64,000 bases of DNA from Prorocentrum cordatum. Taxonomy: Eukaryota. The stretch is taken from assembly GCA_963575745.1 (NCBI GenBank), contig CAUYUJ010000303.1, positions 310,001 to 374,000 on the forward strand, in the 5' to 3' direction. The position numbers were made by a program, and so were the translations under genes. The notes beneath the pieces were generated by a model that saw only the letters and a list, made by a program, of their open reading frames with translations, was not told where the DNA came from and did no database searches. Shown in pieces: positions 44,745-56,585 of the stretch; within the stretch, counting starts at the first letter, position 1; each line of letters begins with the position of its first letter.

Positions 44745-45935
44745 TCTAAAGGCTGCCGCCTCTGCCGCCGACCCCAAATTGGGGTACTGTGTTCGGTGTT
44801 TTGTGTTGTCGTGTTCTGTAGCTAATGGGCGACGCCGAAGTCGCCAGGCGCATGGCTGCCTTTAGAGCCGCCCGTTACCTGGTCGGGCGGCTGTGGTACC
44901 ACGTTGCTGGTGCACGGTCTTTGCGTTTGTTGCACTGGTGGGGAGGGGGGGGGGGCGGGACAGCCAAGTATCTCACACCCCTTTCACCCTAGGCAAGCGA
45001 GGGTCGGCGAATTGTCTTGCGGATCCGAGTCCTACTTCTACTCCTCGGGTTGGGAGGACGGGGTTGGGAGGAATGTTGGTGTCATCCATGCCGCCGCGCA
45101 TGTGGAAGGTGCTGATTGCACAGTCGTGCCTTGTACCTTCTCAAGCAGAGTTGTCTTTCTCACTGTGAGATGGCCCCCGAGGCCGAACACGCATTTTCCG
45201 TCGTGCTCGCGCGCCGCAGCGGGAGGGCCCGGAGGTTAAGTCGGGCGGGCCCCTCTACAGGGGGAATTTCCAAATATAGTCACACAAATAGTCCGGGGAC
45301 GATTTATTCATTCTTGTTGGTTATTTTTGATTATGTTTTCTGGCTTTTTGTCAAAAAAGGTTTGTCGAAAACCCGCCTGCAGGGGGGCGTGCCCGACTTA
45401 ACCCTGGAGCTCCTGCAGGGCTCTGCGGGCCGTCGGCCGGCTCCCGCGGCGCCGGCCACGGAAGCCCGGCGCGCGCGGCGACGCGGCCCGGCGGGAGCGC
45501 ACGACGCGAGGGGTTGAGGCGCCGAGGGTCCCTCGGGTGCGCAGCCAACGCAGGCCCCCTCGCGCTGCGAACAAGTCTCGACGGGGGGGCGGGGGAGGAG
45601 GGAGCCCTCCTGGGAGCAAGGAGAGGCGACACCACCACCGCCACCAGCGCGACGCGCCAGGGGGGGGGGATCTTTCTGCTTCCCGGTGGCGCGGTTCTTC
45701 CTGCCGGAGGTGCCCGCCCCCCCCCCCTTTTGTGGTGTTGCCCAGACCTTTCGCGCTGTGAAATCAACGCGACGGGAGTTCGGCCTCCGAGGGCCCTTCC
45801 CAGAATCCGGGCCGTCAACAAAAACGACTCGGGATGAAGAACCTGTCCCAGAGAAAGGGTCCAGACCTCTTATGGGGGTCGACGTAGCTAAAAAGTCACG
45901 ACGTCGGGGGTCTGGGAAGATGGCGGGGGGCGACA

Positions 45936-47252
45936 ATGGCCCCCCGGAGGGGGGTTGGAGCTCGCGGCCAGGGCCCTGGTAATTACCTCTCCAGGTCACG
46001 CGGCCCCCTCTTCTTTTTTCAATGGGTCCCTTGGCCCCCCCCCACTCCCTGTGCCGCGCACGTGCCTCTCGGGCCCTGCTCCGCGAACCCCCCTCTGGGA
46101 CGGCTCCCCTCTCGGACGCTCCGGCCACGCACGGGCGCGGAGCTTGCAGGCATCGCGTCTGTGATCTTGAAGTCGGGCGGCGACGACGATGCTGCTGCAA
46201 GCGTGGCCACGTTCGTGCACCAAGCTCTCGTGCGCAGGAAGGTGGTCGTGGATCTCATCGAGGGGGTGAAGGCTCGCGGGCATCGCGCGTACAGGAACGT
46301 GGACATGGATGAGGTCCGGAAAAGAGCCATGGAGCTGCCGGAGGAGGGCGTGCCACCGGAGATCATGCGCCTGGTACCCCTGGACGACGCGCTTGAGAAG
46401 ATCCAAATGCAGAAGGCGGCGACGCCCGTGCCGAGGCCCGACGGGCTACGTGAGGCGGGAGACATTTTGGATACTACGAAGGCGAACGCTGTGGTGTGTG
46501 AGAAAAGCAGTTTCGATGAGGGAGACATCAATGCGCAGCGGATTGAGGCCGTGCGGACCTTCGTGCAACGGCTAGATGAGGAGTGCGCGCATGGCGGGGC
46601 CGACGACACGTCGAACTCCAGCGAAGACGAGGAAGGCGGCTGGAAGGCAGAACGGGCAAGTAAACGCGGCCGCGTCCGCGAGCAAGCGGCCTCGAGCGCG
46701 GATGAGGCGGCGCGAGAAGCAGTGGAGCGCGACATGCTGAGTCAGGCCGGCCGCGAAAGGAAGCGCGTGGATCGGCTCCGCGTGCGCACTGGAAACGTTA
46801 TGATGGATCAGTTCGAGCCCTGGTATTTCGGCGTCGCGTTCGCGTTTCTGTTTAGGTATTGCACGGGAATGCCTGACTGCCCAGAGTTCATGAAGCGCCC
46901 GCGCCACCGACGGGGGAACGGGGCGCCGCGGGTGGAGCTGCCGCTGTGGGTGAGGATAATGAGTCGTCGCGTGGAGAGCCAGATTTCCCGCGACTGGCAC
47001 TTCGGATTCGTGTCGTGGAACCTTGTGTTTCGATCGGCTGTGAACCTGAGCAGGACGTGGTTCACGTATGTGACAGCGAACGCATCAGGCGAGGTCGAAC
47101 AGCTCTCTCCCGCGGAAATCGCGGAAGGAGTGAAGCAGATGTATCGCGCGCTCGACGGGAAGTACGTAGACATCAACAATAGGAAACAGAAAGTAAACGG
47201 CGACATGACCAAAAGTGCGGCACGTGCCAGGGTTGGGGAAAGCCGCCCATAA
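45936..47252 (+). CDS. Helitron RepHel N-terminal region
   Basis: VRRKVV.., QFEPWYFGVAFAFLF..G.PD, W.FGFVSWNLVFR resemble the region preceding Helitron Rep. Credible coding starts near 46140; frameshifts into the next ORF near 47215. Confidence 0.7.
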   Translation: MAPRRGVGARGQGPGNYLSRSRGPLFFFQWVPWPPPTPCAAHVPLGPCSANPPLGRLPSRTLRPRTGAELAGIASVILKSGGDDDAAASVATFVHQALVRRKVVVDLIEGVKARGHRAYRNVDMDEVRKRAMELPEEGVPPEIMRLVPLDDALEKIQMQKAATPVPRPDGLREAGDILDTTKANAVVCEKSSFDEGDINAQRIEAVRTFVQRLDEECAHGGADDTSNSSEDEEGGWKAERASKRGRVREQAASSADEAAREAVERDMLSQAGRERKRVDRLRVRTGNVMMDQFEPWYFGVAFAFLFRYCTGMPDCPEFMKRPRHRRGNGAPRVELPLWVRIMSRRVESQISRDWHFGFVSWNLVFRSAVNLSRTWFTYVTANASGEVEQLSPAEIAEGVKQMYRALDGKYVDINNRKQKVNGDMTKSAARARVGESRP

Positions 47253-48004
47253 GCTGCTGATGCACATAGAGCACACTTCGCGGCGACTGTCTGGAACGCA
47301 GGAAGCTCGTCGAGTCATGCGGTTTGAGACGAACGCGCTGCACGTACGGTACGGCGTCCCCATATTCGTAACTTTCTCGCCCGACGAAGGTCACAATCTG
47401 CTCATGGTGAGACTCTCGCGTAGTCGCAGGCAGGACCCCGTGCACAAGGCAGCTGATGATGAAACGCACTCGCGGCTGGCGGGGGGTCGGGGCTGGCCGC
47501 GCGTAGCCCCCGACATCGATGGGCTGCTCATGGACTTGCCGATGGCCACGGGGGAGGCAGGAGTGCCGCCATGGAACGAGCGCAGACGAATTCTCGCGAG
47601 AGATCCCATGGCCAGCGTGGACGGCTTCCGTATCCTGGTGGACGCCACGCTCCGTCACTTGTTCGGCGTGCGGACCTGTCCGAACTGCCCGCGGTGCAAC
47701 GAGGCGGAGAATGGGGCACCTTGCCAGGACCTGTTCGGGAGTAATGCTCAGCCCGGGGGAGGCGCGTTCGGGCGCGTTGATGCCTACTACGTGTCGATCG
47801 AAGCGCAGAAGTCCACGGGGTCTCTCCACGCGCACTGCCAGGTATTCATCCAGTGCCTGCACCAGCACACACCGCTGGAAGAGGTATTCGAAATCGTCCG
47901 CGACGAGGTGGAAGGCCGTGGAAGGAAGATCGTGGAGGATTATTTGAAGTATAAGAGTCGCGTGTGCCGCCAGGTTTACTCGGAGCAAATGACACAGAAG
48001 GAGA
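47215..48004 (+). CDS. Helitron Rep HUH endonuclease motifs I-II (truncated by gap)
   Basis: YGVPIFVTFSP (motif I), RDP, FGRVDAYYVSIEAQKSTGSLHAH (motif II; HUH at 47827-47835). Confidence 0.88.
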
Positions 48005-48104
48005 NNNNNNNNNNNNNNNNNNNNNNNNNNNNNNNNNNNNNNNNNNNNNNNNNNNNNNNNNNNNNNNNNNNNNNNNNNNNNNNNNNNNNNNNNNNNNNNN
48101 NNNN

Positions 48105-48565
48105 TTGGGACAGAATTTGTCGAGTGGGGGGCCCCAAGAACAGAGTGCTCTCGGGGTGAGAATGCCAGACGAGGGAGGAGCCAGGTGGGGGGCGTGGGTA
48201 GGTTTTGGGCCAGAATTTGTCGAGTGGGGGCCCCAAGAACAGAGCCAGACCAGGGAGGGGCCAGGTGGGGGCGTGGGTAGGTTCTCCAGAATTTGTCGAG
48301 TGGGGGGCCCCAAGAACAGAGTGCTCTCGGGGTGAGAATGCCAGACGAGGGAGGGGCCAGGTGGGGGGCGTGGGTAGGTTTGGGCCAGAATTTGTCGAGT
48401 GGGGGGCCCCAAGAACAGAGTGCTCTCGGGGTGAGAATGCCAGACGAGGGAGGGGCCAGGTGGGGGGCGTGGGTAGGTTTTGGGTCAGAATTTGTCGAGT
48501 GGGGGGCCCCAAGAACAGAGTGCTCTCGGGGTGAGAACGCCAGACGAGGGAGGGGGCCAGGTGGG
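48105..48565. repeat. Subterminal minisatellite of element B (about 100-bp unit)
   Basis: Repeated CAGAATTTGTCGAGTGGGGGGCCCCAAGAACAGAGTGCTCTCGGGGTGAGAATGCCAGACGAGGG. Confidence 0.9.
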
Positions 48566-48681
48566 GGCCGTGGAGGTGGGGGTGTCGGATCAGGTCGACG
48601 GCGGGGCGGCTTGGGGCGAAAAATTGTCGGGTGTGGTATCCAGCTCAGAAGGATATCGCACACGCCTCTGGGGTCGGCGGA

Positions 48682-49392
48682 TTATTTTTGAGTTATGAAG
48701 AGAGGCTCGGCACTTCGTTTAAGCAACACAATCAAGCGTTGAAATGGTGGCGCCATCTGAATGAAGACCCAACTGCCCCGTTCGAGTCAGAAGCCAAGTG
48801 GTATGACAATGCGGAGCCCACCATGGTCGCTGTTTGCGACCACGGTGCGAGGACGAGCTTTGGTTTCAAAAGCGACGAGGAAGTCCCTTGGCGGCGGCAA
48901 GAGATGGTGGCGACGCTCAGGGAGGAAGATATCAGGGAGGTCGTGGGGGGGCCCCGCAGCAGCGGGGCTCTGATCGGCTGCCCCCTCGAAGTCCGGCCAA
49001 ACAGCTACGACCACATGCGTCAGAGTATTGTGCGCGCGCGACAGTTCGCGGGGCAGCGGGTGAAAGTGAAGCTGCCGATGTGGGATTTCGTGTTGCACCG
49101 CGACGACGGGACAGGCGTCCGTTTACACCCGCACTGGGGCGACAGGAAGGTCGAAGCTCTGCCCCTCGTCCCCCACGCGGACACGGCGAGGCCACCAGCC
49201 GCGGGTTTGGGCGGGAGCGACGGGTCAGGAACTTTTCGCTGGCACAAGGACCTCGGTGTGGAGCGCAAGGTCAAGTTCGACGCCGCCAGAGAGAAGGGGA
49301 GGCCGACGCCTTCTCAGGGGCCCCGCAGCAGCGGGGCCGCGGCGTCCAGCACCAGGCCCTCGGCGTCCGCAGCAGCGGGTGGCAAACAGTAG
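48682..49392 (+). pseudogene. Unknown gene, 3' part
   Basis: Globular-looking sequence (FKQHNQALKWWR..WDFVLHRDDGTGVRLHP) starting exactly at the right end of element B. Confidence 0.6.
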
Positions 49393-52275
49393 TTTTGGGG
49401 CCGAATAACTCCCCAGACGATTTGGTTGCGGAGTAGATGGCTCCGCAGCAGCAGCGGGGCTCGAACGAAGGGCGCGTCGCATTTCGGCAGGGGCGCGCGC
49501 GTCGGCCGCCGAGATCGGGAGCGCGCGTGCAGGCGCCGTGGCGCGATCTTCGTTAGAAAGTCTTCCCTCTCCTCCCTGTCCCCCCATCCCGCCGCCCTCA
49601 ACGTCGGCTCCTCGCCGCCCGTTCCTCGTCGCTCCACGCCTGTTCGTTCTCCTCTAATTTCCTCTCCCGCTTCCTCGTTCTCTCCTTCCCATTTTCCCTC
49701 CACCCCATTGCATCCCTGGCGCCCCAGCGAAGTTCGCAGTTCGAAGTTTGAAGTTCGGAGTTCGAAGGTCGCAGTTTGAATTTCGAAGCTTCGCACTTCG
49801 AGGTTCGATCTTCGAACCTTCGTCATCTCGTCGTCGTAGTCGTCGTCCTCGTTCGTCGCCGTCGTTCCTCGTCGGCGTCGATTGTCGTTGTCGTCGTCGC
49901 TCGTTGTCGTCGTCGCCGTCGTCGTCGTGGTCGGCGTCGTCGTCGTCGGTCGTCGTCGTCGCTAGTCGTCGTCGCTGGTCGCCGTCGTGGTCATCGTCCT
50001 CGTCGTCGTCGTCGTGGTCGTCGTCGTCCTCGTTGTCGCCGTCGTGGTCATCGTCCTCGTCGTTGTCGTGAAACGCCCCACGTAGGAGGAGCAGAGAAGG
50101 GAGTAAGGAGAAATGATCACGGTGGAGGGAGGAGGGAGGATTGAACAGGAAGAGGAGGGCGCAGATGGAGGTAGAAGGGATGAGGTAGTTCAGAAGTGGG
50201 AGCAGCAGACTGGCGCAATGGGAAAAGCCATGTGAGTGCAGGGAGGGATGGAAATGCGATAAAGTGAAGCCGCAGCCGTTGCAGGTCTGCCCCCCGCCGC
50301 GCCCGCCCGCCTCCGCGACGGAACCGCGCAGGAGCCTCTGCCGAAGTCTCCGCAGCAGCGGGGACTGCCAGAGGAGGCTCCTTCGCGGCCTTTGCGCCGC
50401 TATGGCGAGCATCGCGGGCAAGTGCGACGTCGATGACTTCGAGCTCATCACGACGGAGGGCAGTGTTTGGAACTGGGCGACCATGGTGGCGCGGTTTTTC
50501 CAGTGGCGCAATCGTTGCCGCCATGCACGCGCCGTTGGAGAGAAGGGCCAGATGCTCGTCGACCAGGCGCGGCAGATGATGGAGGAGGCGCGCCGTACCG
50601 AGGAGAAGGACAAGATGATGCTTGAGATGTCGAAGAAGACGGTGAAGGACATCCCAGGCAATATTCGGCACTTTTGCCGCCAGCCGCACCAGGAGAGCTG
50701 AGCGGCGATCGGAGCTGGGCCGATAGAGGAGGATGAGGAGGAAGAGGAGGGGGGATGAGGAGAGGAGGAGGAGGGGGATGAGGAGTTGGAGGCAGCACGC
50801 GCACCCGCACTAAGAGCCGCCAGCCGCGCCCGTCTCCGAGCATGAAACCCGAGCTTGGCTGGAAGGGGGGAGGGTGGTAGCAGAAACAGCGCGGGACAGG
50901 GATGGGAGAGGTCACGCATCCGCCGCAGTAGCGGCGGTGGTACGACAGTTCTCATGGCGGCGCGGCGGTCGCTGAGAAATGGAGCACGTGCGTGGGCCTG
51001 CGTGCGCTTAATTATGAGTGGCTCTCGTCCCCTCCCCTCCTCTTCCTCCATGAGATCTCTCTCCTGGTGCATATCCCCTGCCAGGTCTCGTCCTGCTCCT
51101 CTATCCGCCCCCCCCTCGTCCGTTCCTGCCACCAGCCACATGGGGCGTTCTCAATCAACACCCCATTGAGTGTCCCCATGTGAAGGTTGCCCTTGTCATG
51201 AGGGCGGACTCGCAAGAGCCGAGTGGCTGAAGAACTAGTAGTTTGGGGTCCGAACAGCTCCCCAGACGATTTGGTTGTGGAGTAGGTGGCTCCGCAGCAG
51301 CGGGGCTCGAATGAAGGGCGCGTTGCATTTCTGCAGGGGCGCGCGCGTCGGCCGCCGAGATCGGGAGCGCGCGTGCAGGCGCCGTGGCGCGATTTTCGTT
51401 TTGAAGTCTCCCCTCTCCTCCCTGTCCCCCCATCCCGCCGCCCTCAACGTCGGCTCCTCGCCGCCCGTTCCTCGTCGCTCCACGCCTGTTCGTTCTCCTC
51501 CAACTTCCTCTCCCGCTTCCTCGCTTTTCCTTCCCATTTTCCCCCCATCCCAGTCCATCCCTGGCACCCCAGCGACGTTCGCAGTTAGAAGCTGGAAGTT
51601 CGGAGTTCGAAGATCGAAGTTTGAATTTCGAAGCTTCGCACTTCGAGGTTCGATCTTCGATCCTTCGTCATCTCGTCGTCGTAATCGTCGTCCTCGTTCG
51701 TCGTCGTCGTTCCTCGTCGGCGTCGATTGTCGTCGTCGTCGTCGCTCGTTGTCGTCCTCGCCGTCGTCGTCTTGGCCGGCGCCGTCGTTGTCGATCGTCG
51801 TCGTCGCTAGTCGTCGTCGCTGGTAGCCGTCGTGGTCGTCGTCCTCGTCGTCGTCGTCGCGGTCGTCGTTGCCCTCGTTGTCGCCGTCGTGGTCATCGTT
51901 CTCGTCGGCGTCGTCGTCGTCGTCGTTGTCGCGAAACGCCCCACGTAGGAGGAGCAGAGAAAGGAGCAAGGAGAAATGAGCGCGGTGGAGGGAGGAGGGA
52001 GGACTGAACAGGAAGAGGAGGGAGCAGGCAGAGGTAGAAGGGATGAGGTAGTTCAGAAGTGGGAGCAGCAGACTGGCGCAAGGGGAAAAGTCATTTGAGC
52101 GCAGGGAGGGATGGCATTGCGATAAAGTGAATCCGCAGCCGTTGCAGGTCTGCCCCCCGCCGCGCCCGCCCGCCTCCGCGACGGGGGCGGCCCGGGGCAT
52201 GGAGCAGCAAGGCGCGACTGGAACCGCGCAGGAACCTCTGCCGAAGTCTCCGCAGCAGCGGGGGCTGCCAGAGGA
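49390..52275. repeat. About 1-kb direct duplication (49390-50375 vs 51237-52275)
   Basis: Long colinear near-identical blocks, including TTCGAAG and GTC-rich tracts. Confidence 0.9.
50402..50701 (+). CDS. Hypothetical small helical protein
   Basis: ATG at 50402; coding-like composition, no recognisable domain. Confidence 0.35.
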   Translation: MASIAGKCDVDDFELITTEGSVWNWATMVARFFQWRNRCRHARAVGEKGQMLVDQARQMMEEARRTEEKDKMMLEMSKKTVKDIPGNIRHFCRQPHQES

Positions 52276-54927
52276 GGCCCCTGATGCAGTTCCGCATGGA
52301 ATGGCAGATTCAGCACCGGCCTCCGCAGCAGCGGGGGAGGAGGTTGCAACGAAACTTCGGACATTGCTTTCGTCGATGTCTGGTGCCCAGGAAAGCGTTT
52401 CGCAGAGCCTGCTGGCTGCTCAGGAAATCATGGAGAATGGCGAGATCGAAGAGGCGCGGAAGTTAACGGCCGCCGCCAACCGCCTTGTAGTCACAACGGC
52501 TAAGGAGGCGGCTTCCGCAGCAGCGGGGGCATCCGTGGAGCCAGGCGCCGCCGCAGTGGTAATCGAGCCTGGACAGAACGCCGCCCGCTCCGATGACCCG
52601 AGACCGAGATCTCCCTGCACGACTAATTGGCGACAACGGCAGGCTCTGATCGCAGCGCGCAAACTGCGTGAAAGCTCCCCCGCAGCAGCGGGGGCCCGCG
52701 CGATCAAGCCTCTCGCCCTGACCTCGAAGGCTCGGTCGCCAGCGCTTCCTGTCCAAGAGGGCTCCCCAGAGGAAGGCCGCCCGCACTTCCCATCGGAAGA
52801 GCGCGGCCCGAGCCATTCCAAGCCTCTTGTGCCCCTGCTGTACGACGACGAAGACCAGGTGCAGGAGGGGCAGACAGAGGCGCGCGCGAATCTGGCTTTT
52901 GCTTCCCTCGTCCTGCGCGCGGGCGCCCCCCTGTCGGATTGGGTCGCAGCTGTCAGGGACAGGCGCGAAGGGGTCGTCTTAGTCTCCTTCGAGCTTGGCG
53001 CACGCATCAATCGCGACCGGCGGAAGCAACATCTCGACGATCTCATCCGCCAGAGTGGCTTCCACGGGGAGGTCGCGCGCGAGTGCGTCGGGGCTCTCCT
53101 CTGGGTTCCCGAGCGCGTCGAGCAGTGCGAGGTGCTTCGCTGGCACTGCCACGGGAAGTTCCTGGTTCAGGCCTGGTCGGTGACCCTGGCAGCGGTGGCT
53201 CACAATCCGAAAGCAAAGGAAGGCAAACTCCCCATAGCAGTGGGGGGCGTGTTCTTCCGACACCAGACGAGCCTCGCGGGAAACCCGTGGCCCGAAAACT
53301 TCCGCAACGGGCTGCGGAACCTGGCGCTGTGGCACCGAGTGCGTATTCTCGCTGGGATCTTCGACGCAGACAGGGAGGATCTTTCGGAGCTGCTCAGAAG
53401 TTGCGGCGCGTCTGGTACAGGCGTACTCGGCTTGGCTTTGCGGTGTCCGACAAAAGGTTATCACGTGACGCACCCGCACTACATCGTGATTCTTGGCCCC
53501 GCTCAGGTTCGCGAGTGCCCTGCGGGCGGGCAGCCTGATCTGCCGCACTGGTTGAATCAGGTTTCCCAGCCTCCGCAGCAGCGGGGGCTCCTCACCAGGC
53601 TGCAGTACCGCCAGTTGGATTGGGCGGCGCGTCCGACCTGGGTCAGGCTCACGGACGCGGAGCGCAAGGAGCAGGAAACATATGACTGGCCGCACTTGCA
53701 CAGGGTGATCCACAAGGCCCAGGATGCGAACCGCCTCGCGGAACATGCCACACATTGTTCGTTTTTATAGAAGCCAAGAACAGGAAGTCTGGCAAAGGCG
53801 CCGCGGCCAGGAAGAAGGATCGGAAGCGGGAAGCCAAGTGGGAAAAACAGCGGGGAGAGTGGGCGGAGACAGAACCCGAAGCAACAGCCTCAGCAGCAGC
53901 GGAGGCGCACGGAGACCAGGAGGAGGCGGAGACAGAATCTGAAGCAGCAGCCTCCGCAGCAGCGGGGGCGCACGGAGCCCAGGAGGAGCTTGAGGGCGAC
54001 GGGCGCGACGCCGTCGACCTCTGCAGCCCCACGCCGCCCCAGGACGAACAGAGCAACCCTGACAGAGGTGAGAGGGAGGAGAAGAAGGAGAAGGATAATA
54101 TGAAGAAAAACAAGAAGAAGAATAACAAGAAGAAAGATATCAGGAGCAGAACCCCAAAGAGGACGAAGCCCTCGCAGCAGCGGGGGGGCAGCCGTTCCAC
54201 ACGCAGAGAGCGGGAGCAGAGGAGCAGAGACCGAATGAGGAGAGTGCCCTCGCAGCAGCGGGGGCGCAGCCGCTCCAGACGCAGAGGGCAGGAGCAGAGG
54301 AGGCGCAGCCGCTCCAGACGCAGTGGGCAGGTGGAGGGCGGCGACCGCAGGGCGGCGTGGGCAGGGTGGTTCCTGCCCACGCCGCCCGCGCACCCACCCC
54401 ACACAGGTCAGGTGATGCTGAGGCCGAGGGCATGGCGCCCGCTCCTCCCAGGCCAGATATGCCGTCCGCCAGGCATGCCGCCAATGATGCCACCACCACG
54501 GCCACCTCCCCCGCGTGGAGGAGGACGCCGCGGGGCCCCCCCGCTGGAGGAGACACCGCACCCTACGGCAGCGCGGCTCGTCCCGAGCCAGCCGCCGCAC
54601 CCTCCGCCGAAGCGGCTCCTGCCAAGAGAGTCGCAGACGCCCCCCCCTCTGGCAGCGCCGCTCGTCCCGAGGCCGCCGCCGCAGCCTCCCCCGCCGCAGC
54701 TCCTCTCCAGGGAGTCGCCGCTTCCTGCGGACACGTTTGCGTTCAACAGTGACGCGTTCGAGGCATTGTCGCGGCGCCGCAGCCCTTCAAGCGACTCCAG
54801 CTGGCGGCGCGCGGCTGCGGAGACCTCCGCAGCAGCGGGGGTGGTCTCCGCAGCAGCGGGGGTTATCATAAGAGATCTGAGGCGCGGGCTCGGCGCGCGC
54901 GCGCGAGGAGCCAGGCGCTCGCATTGA
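52127..54927 (+). CDS. Hypothetical protein (ORFs 52127-53770 and 53755-54927, probably joined across a frameshift)
   Basis: Alpha/beta-looking domain at about 52870-53770, then K/R/S- and P-rich tails; the overlap falls at a T-run near 53762. Confidence 0.5.
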
Positions 54928-55069
54928 GCGGCTGAAGAAATCGCGGTCGTTGTCGTCGTGCTCGTCGTCGTCGTTTGCTTTTTGCTGGGGGGGGAAGGAG
55001 GACGAGCAAGAGGAGGAGGAGGAGGAGGGGTCCTGCAGGGACCAGGGCCGACACCGGGACCAGGGGAAG

Positions 55070-55255
55070 AGCGGGACCGGGACCGGGAGCGGGACAGGGA
55101 CGGGGAGCCCAGGACGGGCAGCAGAACCGACCACGGGACCGGGACCGGGACCGGGGCCGGGACCGGGACCGGGACCGGGAACGGGGGTGCTGGTCCCGGT
55201 CCCGGTCCCGGTGTCGGTGCTGGTCCCGGTCTCGGGCTCCCGGTCCCGGTCCCGC
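55070..55255. repeat. (GGGACC)n followed by its inverse (GGTCCC)n
   Basis: Seen directly; self-complementary arrangement centred near 55185. Confidence 0.85.
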
Positions 55256-56294
55256 TCCATGTGTCAGCTCTTTGTCCCGCTCCCGATCTCTGCCGTGCCG
55301 TTTGGGTTCGAGATCGCCAGCCATGAAGGTTAGGAAGCCTGACACAAGGATCGGGCGATGCCGCATCGGCGAGAAGAGGAATAGGAAACCCGACACAAGG
55401 ACGGGACGATGCCGCGTCGGCGAGAAGAGGGCTTTTCGGAAACCGGATCACAGACCTCATTCGAGCAAGCGCGCTGGGGCGGCGGCTCGACCCACGGCAG
55501 CGTCGGCGAAGGCGGCCGCGCGGCCGCTAGCTCGGCGCAAGGCGAGCTCCAAGAAAGAAGCCCTCGCAGTAGCGGGGGCTGCTGTAGCCCTCGCAGCAGC
55601 GGGGGCTGCTGTCTTGGAGCGTGGTGGGTTGTGGGATGAGAAGACTGCTCGGAGGGCAGGTCTGGACGATGACGATCCATTCGATCAGGCACTTTGGTAC
55701 CGCGATCATTGGGGCAACTGGTACAAACTAGGGTCCAAGATGCCGCCAGTCGGCAGCTCCTGGCAAGAAGGCGCCGACCCCCTTCGCATGTAATTACGGG
55801 GCGGATGAACACGACAGTGCCCCCAGATGGTTGACTGCACGGTCCTCAGGATGACCACGACATCCCGAGCGCACAAGGGGAACGCCCCTCCGCAGCAGCG
55901 GAGGGATGTCGCGAGAATTTCTCCGAGGGGGGTTGTCCTCGGCGGAGGGGCGCACTCGCGCGCGCGCGGGGGAGCGCGGTTTCGCGCGCCGCGTGCGGCA
56001 TCGCATGCGGTGTGGGGAAAAACACGACATCTGTGCTGTCACCTATGTCCTGCTCTCTCCTTTGCTACGCTTCCCCTTGCACTCCCTCCTGCAATCCCCC
56101 GCCCGTCATTATGCCTTTGTAGTGATCATCGCTTCCATGCACGCAACTCACACAGCGCCCCTTTTCTCTCACAGATGGGTTCGGGGTGGGAAATCTTTCT
56201 CTCACACAGGGGGGGCCGATGTATCAATGCTTCTCCTGTTCAGGCGGATGTGCGCGTATCGAAAAACTGAGAAGGCCGCGTCGACCCGCCGTTC

Positions 56295-56362
<68 letters not shown>

Positions 56363-56585
56363 CCTCTATCTGCCTTTCCTCTCCTTCTCCTTTTGCTCAA
56401 GTGCGGGCAGGCCGCGGATCCGTGAGGCCCCTCCTTCTGCCCGCGCGCGCGACAGGCACTCGTGCTTCAAGCGGGGCCCCGCAGCAGCGGGGGCAACCGT
56501 CGCGGAGCATCTGTTTTGGAAGCTGCCCCCGCAGCAGCGGGGGCGCCTGGATAGATGTCCGAGGACATCAAGTCAGGCCCCCTGA

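Larger units (their letters stand above)
44745..48681 (+). mobile_element. Non-canonical Helitron-like element B (contains an N-gap)
   Basis: Left 33 bp identical to element A; right about 70 bp nearly identical; inverted CCGCCGACCCCA and TGGGGTCGGCGG; encodes a HUH Rep. Confidence 0.88.

Noticed and set aside
27555..48004. One Helitron with halves swapped by mis-scaffolding
   Set aside because: Each half has its own contiguous left terminus and each element splits a different gene whose halves match across it. The gaps leave some residual doubt.
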